Assembly: GCF_001194135.2 (NCBI RefSeq)
Contig: NC_068987.1
Span: forward strand, 10,996,037 to 11,060,036
DNA from: Octopus bimaculoides
Taxonomy: Eukaryota
Direction of reading: 5' to 3'
Length of the DNA stretch: 64,000 nucleotides
Part shown: in pieces, positions 40,354-54,005 of the stretch
Numbering within the stretch: position 1 is the first letter of the stretch
Layout of the letters: each line of letters begins with the position of its first letter
The notes under the pieces: generated by a model
Databases searched by the model: none
The model's input: the letters and a program-made list of their open reading frames with translations, nothing else
Told to the model about the DNA's origin: nothing
Program-made: the position numbers and the translations under genes

Positions 40354-40440
40354 ACAGTGGTAGCAGCAGCACTAGTAGTGGTAGTAGTGGTGGTGGTGGT
40401 GGTGGTGGCAGTAGTACAACTACTAGTAGTAACAACAATA
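39990..40440. repeat. (AGT/GGT/AGC)n compound trinucleotide microsatellite
   Basis: Direct inspection; source of the poly-S/V/L ORFs. Confidence 0.95.
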
Positions 40441-42427
40441 GTCCTGTTCTATTGATCTGATGACTAACTAAAATACCTGACCATTTTCATTTTTATGAGA
40501 GAACAATACAATAATGGTCGCTTCAATTATATTCTATTTCCTTTGTTTCGTTTTTTTCTTCTTTTCTTTTTTTCCAGATGAAGTTCTCTAGACTGCAAAC
40601 CTCAGCTTCTTGTGTGCATTTTGTATGTCAGTGTCTGTCTGTCTGTCTGTCTGTGTGTGTGAGGTCAGTTTTATGAACCGTGGCCGTAGTGTAGTAGTTA
40701 AGAACATTAGAATTGTGTGTTAGAAAAGCAAGAGTCTCATTTCAGAACTGGTCAAAGGATGTGTGCATTTTGGAAAATGGTACACCTGAAGATGACAGAG
40801 ACAAGGTGTAGCAATCAAAATAGTAAAAATAAGTTCCTTGGACATTTCTGTCTTTGAATCCAAGGGCTACTTACCCAATTTCCATAGGGCTACTTACCCG
40901 ATTTCCATAGCGTATAAGTGACTGAGAATCTGCAGGACAGGATGCTAGTCTATTGTAGGGTTAGTCATTTACAATGAAGGTCTGTGGTTTAGTGGTTATC
41001 GTATTTGGCTCATGTTCATAAGGTTGTGAGTTTGATTTCATTGTGCCCTTGAGCAAGACACTTTATTTCATGTTTCTCCAATTTACTCAACTAGCAAAAA
41101 TGAATTGTGAGTTGTTTTGCTCAAGGTGTTTTGCTCAACATCCTTAAAGAAACCTTATTTAGGGACCTTTTGAGTGGGATGGGCTACTCGACCTGAAGAA
41201 AGTTCTAACTGGGCCCCACCTGCGAGGTCATGCACTGTTTATTTTGATATGAGATCACCATGTCACGCACATATGGTTGTGATGCATGTGCCTGGTGTAC
41301 CCTTATCAGACGGGTAGTCATGATGGGTATAATGGGCTTCGTATATTTTAACCCAGTGTCACTTTGATAGCATGCACTGCTCTCTCACTTAATAATAATA
41401 ATAGCTTCAAATTTTGACATAAGGCCAGTAGTTTTTTTGGGGTGGGTAAGTCAATTAAGTTGACCACAGTGCTCAATTGGTATATATTTTATCAACCCTG
41501 AATTAACAAAAGGCAAAGAGGGCCTTAGCACAATTTGAACTCTGAACATAAAAACAGACGAAATGCCACTAAGTATTTTGCCTGGCATGCTAACAATTCT
41601 GTCAACTTGCTTCATCATCATCATCGTTTAACGTCCGCTTTCCATGCTAGCATGGGTTGGACGATTTGACTGAGGACTGGTGAACCAGATGGCTACGCCA
41701 GGCTCCAATCTGATCTGGCAGAGTTTCTACAGCTGGATGCCCTTCCTAACGCTAACCACTCCGAGAGTGTAGTGGGTGCTTTTACGTGCCTGAAATTTGA
41801 ACTCAGAAATTAGGTGGATGTAGCAATATATGAAACGGTATCTTTTCTTGTCCTCTGCTGTTCCTGTTTAAGTAATAATAATAACAATAATAATATTTTT
41901 TGTGCTACTACAGTTTCAGCTAAGACCATCTATATATATTCAATTTAGCTTTACCATAGAAAAATAAATTTTTCCGCTATTGTATATGTTTAGCACTAAT
42001 GTCATTGTGGATTTCCATAAAAGTGGTGCATATTTTTTGAATTAATGAATAAAATAGTGCTTCTTGATTAATGCTCTTCAGTTTGTATTGGCAGTGTTAA
42101 GTATAGAATTTTAAAAACTAGAGCAGATGAGAATATATATATATTTTTTTAATGCTTTCAACAATGTTTGGTATGAATTCTGTGAGAAAATATTCAGTGG
42201 TGTAAAAAAAAAAAAACCCTGAAAATTCTTGTATAATTTAAATAAAATAATTTTAAATTCACATTAATGTATTTACCTCAGTATATCTACTTGTTTGATA
42301 AATAATTCATTGTAAAGTGGTTAGTTATGTTTAAGATATGGAAGACATCTTTCAACAATATATGCAAATATATGCCTGTTCTGAAATCATACGGTTGTTG
42401 TTTATATTATTGAAAGACATATATATG

Positions 42428-42478
<51 letters not shown>

Positions 42479-42581
42479 NNNNNNNNNNNNNNNNNNNNNN
42501 NNNNNNNNNNNNNNNNNNNNNNNNNNNNNNNNNNNNNNNNNNNNNNNNNNNNNNNNNNNNNNNNNNNNNNNNNNNNNNNNN

Positions 42582-42613
<32 letters not shown>

Positions 42614-44684
42614 GTGTAGAATTACAAGAGGAAAAGGAAAAAAAATCTGGGTATGCACTTCTAAAGTCAAATTCTTAACTAGGATCTTGGTTTCCACAGT
42701 TTTCATTTTGCACAAATGGAAACCAAGCATGGTATTTGATGGCCTACGAGTCACTTTTTTTTTTTCCAAACAGAATGTCTCAAAAAGCCATGCCTGGCCC
42801 TATAGGCACAGTTAGACCTCCTGTAAACACTAAAAAAAATTTTTAGCTAGCCCTTGTTGTATACATCATCATCATCATCGTTTAATGTCCGTTTTCCATG
42901 CTGGCATGGGTTTGACGGTTTGACTGGGGACTGGCAAGCCAGGAGGCCGCACCAGGTTCCAATCTGATCTGGTAATGTTTCTTTCTACAGCTGGATGCTC
43001 TTCCAAACACCAACCACTCCAAGAGTGTAGCGGGTGCTTTTTACATGCCACCAGCACGGGAGCCAGTCAGGCGGCACCGGCATTGGGCCGCTCTGAGAAA
43101 TATAAAGCTTTCTTTTCATAAGTAAACATAGTATCCTGATGGTTGAAAAGAAATTGGGAATGTGTTATCACCTGATGCATGAACGCCAAAGAAATACTCT
43201 GTGCATCACAGAACAGGTTACACCGGACAGGTAAAAAGGTTAATTAAAACAATAGGCTAAGATTTGATAGAGATTTAGCTGTTATTTTCTGCAGGTTGGG
43301 CAACTACATTTATGCTCATCATCGGCTTGTTATAACCATTGGTTTTTCCAATGTAGTTTTTGGCATTTAGAACAGATATAGCATTTCGTCTGTTTGTTAG
43401 CCTCTGCATTGTTTTTCATCCTTTCATTTTTCATTTTTGAGTTTTCTCTTTGTGTCGAATTTTTACTGCAGTGATAAGAGCAGCCAAATATAATTTCTTT
43501 TGAGATCTAGAACTCAGATTGTGTTTTATTGTCCCCCCGTCTTTGAACAATGATCTTTTTACATAGTGTTGTGGTATAAATCTGATATATTCTTGTCAGA
43601 TTTTAATCTTCTCAATATATAAACTGCTCTCGCTCATTTCAGATTGAAGTAGCTCCATTCCAACTATCTTTTACATATATGGTTTTAGCTTCCCCAACAT
43701 TTATCAAAATGTTTGCTATCATTCTCCTTTTGACATTGCTTCTCAACCCTTTCAATGCCCTCATTATTGGCAGATTGTCATCACTGGAGAAATTCCTTTT
43801 AGAATTATCGATCACCTTGTCTTCTCAAAATACTAATCTTCTATAGATCCTTTAGTAAGACATAGGGAAGTAGGGGGGTGTTGATTTATCAGCAAAGCTT
43901 TTTCTTTTTTTTTCTTTTTTTCTTCTTTTTTTTTACAATTCCCTTATTGTACCAAACATTTTTTTTTTGTTTTCTTCGCTTTATTATTTTTTTTTCTATG
44001 GCAAATTATACTTTCGAAAGCTTCTATATTTCCTAAATTAAATATAAGAATTAGGTTGAAGCCAAAACAAAAACAACAAAAAAAGACACGTAATTAAAAA
44101 TGTTAATGAATTGTTGTTTTAATGTTATAAAATTCAATCTTGATATATTAATTAGGACGTCAAATGATGATTCTACTTTAAGATTATATTTAATCAAATA
44201 TGCATTGCATTAACATAGATGTTTACACACACACAAACACAATACATACATATACACATACGCACATATACACATACGCACATACACACATACACACATA
44301 CATATACACACATGCAGACATTCACACAAACACTTACACATACATAATACATACACACACACATATTTAATTATGCATGTGTTTGTAAAGGGACATTCAA
44401 TAGAAATTACCTAAATTTGCTATTCTCTATTAGATTTGTATAATATTAAATAAAAAAATCCTAAGTGCTAAAAGTGATGAACTGCCTTGTCCTAGGATTG
44501 AGGGTTCAAATCCTGTCGTAAAACATTTTAATTCTTAGATTGTTGGCTTATTGCTTATTTCAGTTTATTTCTCCTACTGGAAAATATAAGTTCTGTTTAT
44601 CTTCAGTTAAATAATGGACTCAAGCAAGCTGCCAAAAATAGTAGCCAAATCACAACCCCTGTCTTAAAATAGGAAGGAAATATA

Positions 44685-45030
44685 TGAGTTCAAATTCTGC
44701 CGTGGTCAACTTTGCCTTTCATCCTTTCGGGATCGATTAAATAAGTACCAGTTACACACTGGGGTTGATGTTATCGACTTAATCCATTTGCCTGTCCTTG
44801 TTTGTCCCCTCTGTGTGTAGCCCCTTTTGGGCAGTAAGGAAATAAGAAATGTTAGCACGCCAGGTGAAATGTTTAGCAGTGTTTCGTCTGTCTTTATGTT
44901 CTGTGTTCAAATTCTGCCGAGGTCGACTTTGCCTTTCATCCTCTTGGGGTCAATAAATTAAGTACCAGATGCTTACCGGGGTCGATCTAATCGACTGCCA
45001 CCCCACTCCCCATAAATTTCGGGCCTCGTG
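44685..45030 (+). mobile_element. Tandem family D SINE pair
   Basis: First unit ends ccccttttgggcagtaaggaaataag; second unit starts gttagcacgccagg. Confidence 0.8.
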
Positions 45031-46502
45031 TTTTATGTTTAAACTAATCAGATCTGGCCTCTCACTCTTACCTTACAATGCCATTCTAAACTATACAATC
45101 ACATATCAGAATTTCAAAGCTATGAGACAAATGATTGATTAATTCAAAACAATGGGAATAAATAAGAATTACATTTGACTGGGTAATCTGAATTCTAAAT
45201 AATTGAGGGTTCAAGGGGAAGTTTGTTGCATATATTTTGTTGATTGGGTGTGGTGGTGGTGGTGGTCAGGTAGTTCCAGCGAGATTTGATCTTGGAAACT
45301 AAGGGAAACAAAATTTCAAAAATCTCTTGTGAAACATCATTTCATTCCATGTTCTTATTTCTGTTTGGAAACGAAAAACAAAAAAAGCAAAGCTTTGAAA
45401 AAACAAAAAAAATGTGCGTTTCTGCAGACATTTTCAGAATATATTGGACGCAACTCAAGGAGATATGTGAATAATTCTTTTTCTTTTTAAAGTATTTGAG
45501 CTTTATCTAAACACTGAAAATATTCATCTTCTGTGAAACAATTTATTGATATTTTCTTTCTTTCATTCTTTCTTTCTTTCTCTCTCTCTCTTTCTTTCTT
45601 TCTATTGTTGATATCATTCTTATGATATGACCTTCAAACAGTTTTAATAATGATATTTTCGTGTGGTATTAATAATGATTTCTCACATAAACAGTTTTAA
45701 TAATATCCATTGTATATTATGAATGTAACATTGTGAGAGTTCTTCTGCTGATAAGGAGAAACATTCAGTTTTCATTTTGTCTTTCCACTGATTTCAGAAA
45801 TGCTGTTGTGCTTCATGCATGAGAAATAGATAGTACAATCAAATTTATTTACATATTTACATATTTTCTCAATTTTACATCGCGTTCTTGTTTTTACTTG
45901 ATGCGAATGTTTAAATAATCTTATGAAGCTTGCAAATCTGACAGCCATTTATAAATTCATGACAAATAAATTATGGATTTCAGCTCCAGTTCTGGCTACC
46001 CTCCACTTTCCAATATTATTTGCAGCCCTTTATTTTTCTTAATTTCCATCTTGGCAACATTTCACTTTTGTGTGTGTGTGTGCCTGTTCGTGCGTGTGTG
46101 CGTGTGCATACATGTGTGTATACATAGGCACATGTATATCTGTGTGTGAGTGTCTCTGTGTGTCCATGTGTTGGTTTCTTCTTTGCTGCTTTCTTACTCG
46201 GTTGCGTTTATATTTTGGAACAAGTTTATCAATAAGATTAGGTGCCTTGTAGAAATATACAATTATAAACAGAAATTCTTGATGTAATGTAAATGCCAGT
46301 GTTACATAGTAATAACGCAGGCGTGATGTGATATCGTGTAAATGCATTATTTGAAAACCTTGGAGATGATGTAACATTTTCACATTTTTGATTTCATTGC
46401 CTTTTTTCTTTCCTCTCTACTCAGTGTTAACAATAAAGAATAAATGAAAGAAATCAATAAATTAATCAATAAATAAAATATATGAAAAATTAATTTTAAA
46501 AT

Positions 46503-46955
46503 ATTCTTTTCTACTGTAGACACAAGGCCCGAAATTTTGTGGGAGGGAGTCAGTTGATTAAATTGACCCAGTACACAACTGATACTTGATTTATCGACTC
46601 CAAAGGATGAAATGCAAAGTCGACCTTGGCAGAGTTTGAACTCAGGATGTAAAGACAGACGAAATGCTGCCAAGCATTTTGCCCGGCGTGCTAACGATTC
46701 TGCCAGCTTGCCACCCTAATAATGATAATTATAATAAACATTTATACTATAGGCACAAGGCCTGAAATTTTGGGGAAGAAAGGGGCCAGTCGATTAGATC
46801 GACCCCAGTATGCAACTGTTACTTAATTTATCGACCCCAAAAGGATGAAAGGCAAAGTCGACCTTCGCAGAATTTGAACTCAGAATTGTAAAGACAGATG
46901 AAATACTGCTAAGCATTTTGCCTGGCATGCCAACGTTTCTGCTACCTCACCGCCT
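46503..46955 (-). mobile_element. Two tandem family D SINEs
   Basis: Two near-complete reverse-complement units separated by about 25 bp. Confidence 0.8.
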
Positions 46956-47187
46956 TATCAACTTAAAAATATTGCAATATCTCAGAATGTTTCTTGCTGG
47001 TTCTGATTTTATGTCCAAGTAACTTATTCTCTTTATTTCTTTATAATTTGTTTCATCTTGGTTGCTCTTAGCATCAATCTCCAACAAAACAAAACATTTC
47101 TAATAATATAATCTAACACAATTTTGTTTATCAAATATGAATTCTCATATTGTAAGCTGTCAGCTTCGTTCTTTGGTGTGTAACCCA

Positions 47188-47258
47188 GGGCATGTGGCAT
47201 AGTGGTTAAGAGTGCAGGCTACTAACCCCAAGACTCTGAGTTCGATTCCAGGCAGTGA

Positions 47259-47317
<59 letters not shown>

Positions 47318-47460
47318 TTGAAAAATACCTTAGGAATGAGAACCCAGGTTCGAAATTTCCCCAAGACACCTGATGAAGGCTGGAGGGTATATCAGCCGAA
47401 ACGTGTTAACAACAAACAAGATGAGGACAGATATCTGTCAAATGTAAATAATGTAAATAC
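47188..47460 (+). mobile_element. tRNA-headed SINE-like element with internal (AAT)n and a hammerhead-like (Penelope-type) 3' tail
   Basis: A-box TGGCATAGTGG 47195-47205, B-box GTTCGATTCC 47240-47249, (AAT)n about 47263-47314. Then GACAC-CTGATGA-A-GGCTG-(10 nt)-CAGCC-GAAAC-GTGTT at 47365-47407, ending in AATGTAAAT x2. Confidence 0.7.
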
Positions 47461-50400
47461 TGTTAAATATTCCACCTGTTTTATGTTCAAACCAGCTGGA
47501 TCCAGCCTCTTACACTTACCTTACAATGTCATTCTAAAAATAGACTGTCAGATCATCCAAATCGCAAAAACTATGAGTTTATTCTTTTATTTGTTTCAGT
47601 CAATTGACTGCAGCCATGCTGGAGCACTGCCTTTAGTTGAACAAATAGACCCCAAGACTTATTCTTTGGAAAGCCCAGTACTTATTCTATCGGTCTCTTT
47701 TGCCGAACCGCTAAGTTACAGGGACATAAACACATATGACAGGCTTCTTTCAGTTTCCATCTACCAAATCCACTCACATGGCTTTGGTTGGCCCGTGAGA
47801 GCATCTGTACCAGTTGCACTTTAAAGGTGTCCATGCCAGTGACACGCAAAAGGCACTTGTGCCAGTGACATGTAAGTAAAAGACATGACACCCAGTACAC
47901 TCTCTGTAAAGTGGTTTGTGTGAGGAAACAAAGCCAAAACAGACTGGAGCTTGGTGCAGCTCTCTGGCTTGGCAGTTCCAGTCGAACTGCTTTACCGATG
48001 CTAGCATAGAAAACATATGATGATGATGATGATGATGATTGATGATGTTGTTATAAAGCTAGTGTTTAGAGCATAAATTAACATGAAATTTTGTTGGAAA
48101 GTTTTTAAATGAGATCACTTTAAAACAAAGCTTGTACCATAGAACTAAGAGCAGTTCCATGTTGGTTTGGTATCAAAAGGGTTAATTTTCTATTGAGGTT
48201 GGTTGTGTCACTGTTATTAATTATCTTTTATCGTGGAGGCAAGCTCCTGGTAAACCAACATCTGCAGGTTTTGTTTTGATTCTTGGAAACATTCTTATTT
48301 TATTTATATCCTTAATATCGTCAAAAGCAAAAAAAAAAAACAAAATGGCATGAATATTGTAACCTCTAATTGCCCTTCGTTTAAGAATGTGTACATTCAT
48401 ATCACTGAGAAATAATTATTGATGTGATTTATGTCTCCGTTGACTCATTTCAACCTGACCTGGTCTTTCGGTGAATTTGTTAACAAGATAACTTGCATGC
48501 CTTTATATAAATGTGAAATAAAAGAGTATCGAAAGGCAGCTATAACGAGTTCCAGATCTCTGATAAACTGGACATGTAGTATCTTACAAATACAGGCATA
48601 AAACCCAATGCTGGAGTCATTAAATCGATAGGATGCAGCCTTTCCGTGTTATTAACTAGCAGTAGATAGTTAACATCATGGAAACTTGGGTTTTACTTCA
48701 ATTCTCTAATGTCTGTCTGTGTGTGTGTGTAAGCATGCGTATGTCTGTACATACATAACCTTACACATTTTACTTGTCAGAAAATCTGTCTTTGTGTTTT
48801 GGTTTGATCGTATATGTAGGTCACAAAAGAATGCAAGGAGATACTCACAAACTATTGTACGAAATGAAAAAGCAATTATTTATGCAAGGATTAAGGGCGG
48901 ATTTTTGTGTCGTCTAATCCAATGTCTCCAGCATAAGTTTTTCTTTTTTTTTTTTTTTTCTGTCTTTGTTTGGACATTCCTTTGTTTGCATAAAATATAG
49001 GAAAATAATTTCAGTTTGGTTCCAGGGAAGCAAAATCTTAGAAACACTGGCTGTTCATGCAATGTAATGCTTGTTTATAACAAATTTGATTGAGTTTCAT
49101 TGTATGAAGTATTTTAATTAGATTTAGCTGCGTTCATTTCCCCATATTCAAAACAATTAGAAAATATTTCTTTTTTTTTTTTTCTTTTTTCTTTCCAATC
49201 CTTATCTATAAATTAGCTAGCATTTAACTAACTGGAAGCAAGATAGAAATTTGTCTTCATTGAAGTCTTCTAAAATCAACAATCTGGATTAAAAGTTCAA
49301 GCTACATGAAATAAAATGATGTGTATTAAATGAGCCTGTTGTGCTTTTTAACTGAACTGTAGCTGCAGCGTATTCACGTGTTTCCTAGGCAACTGATATT
49401 AAATAAAGTGAGTGTTAAGCACTTATATTATACAAATTAGTAGCTCCAGTTATCTAAAGCTCCGGGATTTGTATATACATACAACAGGCTTCTTTCAGTT
49501 TCCGTCTACCAGATCCACTCACAAGGCTTTGGTTGGCCCGAGGCTATAGTAGAAGACACTTGCCCAAGGTGCCACACAGTGGGACTGAACCCGGAACCAT
49601 GTGGTTGGTAAGCAAGCTACTTACCACACAGCCACTCCTGCGCCTATCTCAGACTTATGAAATAATGCATGATTAATTCAGAACAATGTGAATAAATAAG
49701 CATTACATTTGACAGAGTAATCTGCATGCTAAAGGGTTAAGGTTGAATATTTAAAAATATAAGCTAAAATTTTTTGAATTCTGTTCAGATTCTAGGTCTT
49801 GACCAAGTGTAGGTGAACTCCGGCCTACTGGACTTTCTGAAGGACTTGCCTAACAAAAAAATTACCTCAAATTCTTTTTATCCCTTTAGCATTCATATTA
49901 TTCTGTCAAATGTAAAGCTTATGTACTCACACCATTTTAAATTAATCATCCATTATTTCATGGCTTTGAAATTTCAATGCTGTGATTGTTTATTTCTTAA
50001 AATGATACTGTAAGGTAGCTATGAAAGTTCATATCTGACCAGTCCGAAGATAAACCAGGTAGAATATTTTGGCCGGATATGGCTGGTTTAAACAGGAAAG
50101 GGTTAAAGTCATGTGGCCTGTCACATGATAAGCCATGTCCCATTGACCCACTTCTTGCAAGAGATTGCTCATGCCTGCTCTCGGCTGCCATTTTTACCTT
50201 CTCTTCTGCATCTAATAACCTAGCACTTACAGGTAATAATGGATGAACCTCAACAGCTATTGTCCCAGGCTAATTAAACTAGAAGATGACTATGATGACA
50301 CACACTGGTTCTATAGGTTTCCCATTAGTGTGTTATTGATTTATTTTGTATTGTTGAAAGTGAGCTGATAGGTTAATCACCAACAACTATGATATAAGAA

Positions 50401-50801
50401 GGATCTATTATTTACTGTTTGCTTTAGGGAGAGAGAGAGAGAGTGTGTTCTTTTCTTGCTACATAACCTTATATACATTGTGTGTGTGTGTGTATTTACA
50501 GACACTTGTACATATTATTATTACTATTACGGTTGTGAGCTGGCAGAACATTTAGAGTGCTGAACGATATACTTAAGCGGTGTTTCATCTGTCTTCACGT
50601 TCTGAGTTCAAATTCCACCGAGGTTGACTTTTACCTTTCATCCTTGTGGTGGGGGAGGATCAATAAAATAAGTACCAGTTGAACACTGGGGTTGATGTAA
50701 TCAGCTCATCCCCACCTCCCCCAAGCTGCCCTTGTGGCAAAAATTTGAAATAATAATTATTATAATAAGGGTTAAATATTTATTATTATTATTACTATTA
50801 C

Positions 50802-50852
<51 letters not shown>

Positions 50853-50861
50853 TACTACTAC

Positions 50862-50909
<48 letters not shown>

Positions 50910-50927
50910 GGGGGACAGACACATGCG

Positions 50928-50983
<56 letters not shown>

Positions 50984-51102
50984 TAACAGGCTTCTGTCAA
51001 TTTCCATCTACCAAATCCTCTCACAAGGTTGGACTGAGGCTATAGTAGGGGACACTTACCCAAGGTGCCATGTAGTAGGACTGAACCTAGAACAATGTGT
51101 TG

Positions 51103-51146
<44 letters not shown>

Positions 51147-51198
51147 TAGTTTTATTTTTATAACGTGCTTTATATATATTATAATAAAACTACTGAAC

Positions 51199-51254
<56 letters not shown>

Positions 51255-52218
51255 TAATAATAATAATAATAATGATTTAATGTTAAACTAATTTTTAGAA
51301 CTTTAATTCTTATTTTCTTAATCTCTGTTATGATTCCAAGTGAAAAATTAGTTGCTATAATAATTGGTTGCAACCTGCTACCAAAGTAACAATAATTCCT
51401 TCACCAATATTACTGTTGATATCTCTCTCCTGTGACCCATATTCTCTGTTGACAAACCTGTTGTGTGGTTAGTTAATTCAATTTATTGTCATAGCAGTAT
51501 CTTAGATTGTTTTGTGTTTTTTTTTCTTTTTCTTTCTCCCAGTCTTTTCCTTAAAACTGGTAAATCAATACTATCTGTGTTGATCAGCAATTGTCATTCG
51601 CCTAGCACAGCTGGTTGTAATGCACATGTAATGACAGTAGCAGCTGTTTCTCTGCTGCTGTTGCTGCTGCTGCTGCTGCTACTGCTGCTCATTGATTTGT
51701 TGTTGTCAATGAAGTACTGAACACCACTATGTATGTTGCAGTAAAGGACATTATTTTTGATTCCATCATTTCCAACAAATAAATTACTTAACTGTGGTAC
51801 ATTGTAGGTCTATCTGTTTGCATGATTTTCATTTTTATTTTCCTTCCTTCTTCCATATTTCTTTCACTGAATCAGATGCAAATATTATCGAAATAGGCAG
51901 AGAATAATCTAATTTTCGGAGATGTACTTGCATAGCAAGCGACCTGATTTTAGTTATATGCAATAGAAATATAATTTAATATCTGTGGTATGTGATACCA
52001 TATAAGTCTCACTTTTTTCTTGCAAAAGTGTTTCAGAAAAATTACCTCGAGTCCTACATGCAAAGCTGGGTCTATATTAGATCCTTTAACCATATTTCTG
52101 TTGAAATATACTGTCTTTGAAGTGGTTGTATGCTGTCAACTTAATGTGACAGTCCCCTGAAGGGAATGATACTACTGTTGGTTAGACCTAGGAAGCTGCA
52201 CCACCTCCTGTCGGCCTT

Positions 52219-52361
52219 GACATATTTCCTGTGTCCTTATGTTTACAAGGGGAAGACAAGCACCTCCACCCAGCTAAGCCTGCATCCAGAGGCTAGTTTC
52301 TGAGTCATTGCTCGTCATCAGTCTCCCTCTTGTAAACATAAGGACACAGGAAATGTATGTC
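52219..52361 (-). ncRNA. Type I hammerhead-ribozyme-like motif inside a long hairpin
   Basis: Minus strand: CUGAUGA (52321-52315), stem II GAG/CUC with loop CAAUGA, GAAA (52300-52297), stem III ACUAGCCUCU paired with GGAGGUGCUUGU, GUC triplet (52257-52255). Stem I continues into a perfect 25-bp duplex plus 5 bp (arms 52219-52248 and 52330-52361). The 10.1-11.1 pair is C-A rather than G-C. Confidence 0.7.
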
Positions 52362-52426
52362 TATATATGTATGTATATATATATATATATGTTATTTATA
52401 TATATGTGTGTGTGTGTGTGTGTATG

Positions 52427-52463
<37 letters not shown>

Positions 52464-53586
52464 ATGTATATATATATATATATACACACTACACACACAC
52501 ACACATATAAAGTTATAAATGACAGAAATAGTTTGATGAAATTTTATTTAACAATAAGAGAATTCTAATATCATGACAAACTGTTTCGTAACTTAAAAAC
52601 ATGTAAATAATTTATATTATTATATGCCTACATTAATGCAAAATATAAAAGAAATCCTTCTAAATAATGCAGAATTTAAGCCAAGTCCTCTATGAGGAGT
52701 TATGAAGGAGCTTTTTTTGTGAGTACTACTGGGTTACTTGAATCTATATATTATGAGTTAAGTATATGTGTGTGTGTGTGAGAGTTTGTGTCCCCTTGTC
52801 TTAACATTATATGATCGCTGTAAATGAATGCCATTCATTTCGAATATTCTTCAAAAACATGTCTGGCTATGCAGAAATATTATTTTACTTGGAAACAGAT
52901 AAGGGTTGGCAACAGGAAGGTCATCCAGCTGTAAAAGAACTATCTCACAAACCTCTGTCTGACCCATGAAAGCATGGAAAAGTAGATGTTAAAACAATAA
53001 TGATGAATCTATCACATTTATTAACATGTTTCTTCAACCCCTATTTTATCAATCCCGGCTCTCTAGTTCTCCTAGTCCTCTTTCTTACATCTACGAACAT
53101 ACACTTTCAGCGCTGACTATCCTCAATCCTTTGCAAAATGACACCACTCTACAATTCCTTGTTATTAGCAGGCAAAGTTCGTTTGCATGCAGTTTCAGTT
53201 CATACTAGTTCTGCACATGCTTCCTAAATAGAACTTGAGTCTCCATTAGTAATGCCAGAACTCATATCACAGACAAAAGTCTTTTAAATTATATTCTTTT
53301 CTCATGTCTCATACTGTTACACGCCTCAATAATAATTGCTCAGCTTAACATTACCACCAAACTTTTACGAAAGTCACATATGGCCAACATATACACCAGC
53401 TCTGAACAGCTGTTAACCCTTTACAAATATCTAAATTCACCATATGTTAAAGCTATATTTAAAAATCTGGATTAGTGCATTTGCTGCACCCACACATTAC
53501 CTACGTCTAAGAAAAGCCATCTAACTATGCGGGGTAAGACTTCACTCACAAAGCGCTATTTCTTTACTGATATTACAATAGCCTCT

Positions 53587-54005
53587 AAAGCAGTGAACTG
53601 GTAGTCGTTAGCACACCAGGCAAGAGGCTTTATGTTCTGAGTTCGAATTCCACTGAGGTCAACTTTACTTTGCATCCTTTTGGGGGTCGACAAATTAAGT
53701 ACCAGTAAAACACAGGGGTTGATGTAATTGACTAGTCTCCTCCCACTAAACTTTAAGTTTTGTGCCTTTAGTAGAAAGAATTATTATTACCATGTGAGCT
53801 GGCAGAATCGTTTGGATACCTGGCTAAATGCTTAGTGGTATTTCGTCCACACTTATGTTCTGAGTTCAAATTCCACTGAGGTCAACTTTACCTTTCATCC
53901 TTTCAGAGGCGATAAATTAAGTACCAGTGGAACACTGGGGTCAATGTAATTGATTAATCCCCTTCTCCAAAATTTCAGGCCCTGTGCCTCTAGTAGAAAA
54001 GATAT
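53587..54005 (+). mobile_element. Family D SINE dimer flanked by a 14-bp TSD
   Basis: ttacaatagcctct at 53573-53586 and 54006-54019. Confidence 0.85.

Noticed and set aside
39926-40460. Long poly-L, poly-S/G and poly-V ORFs
   Set aside because: They are three readings of one (AGT/GGT)n microsatellite with no splice or domain support.
42686-42727. Perfect 11-bp inverted repeat (cttggtttcca / tggaaaccaag) as a pre-miRNA
   Set aside because: The stem is too short and does not extend.
43290-43850. Possible decayed LINE remnants on the minus strand (also 53040-53586)
   Set aside because: Too degraded to assign confidently by eye, so not listed as features.
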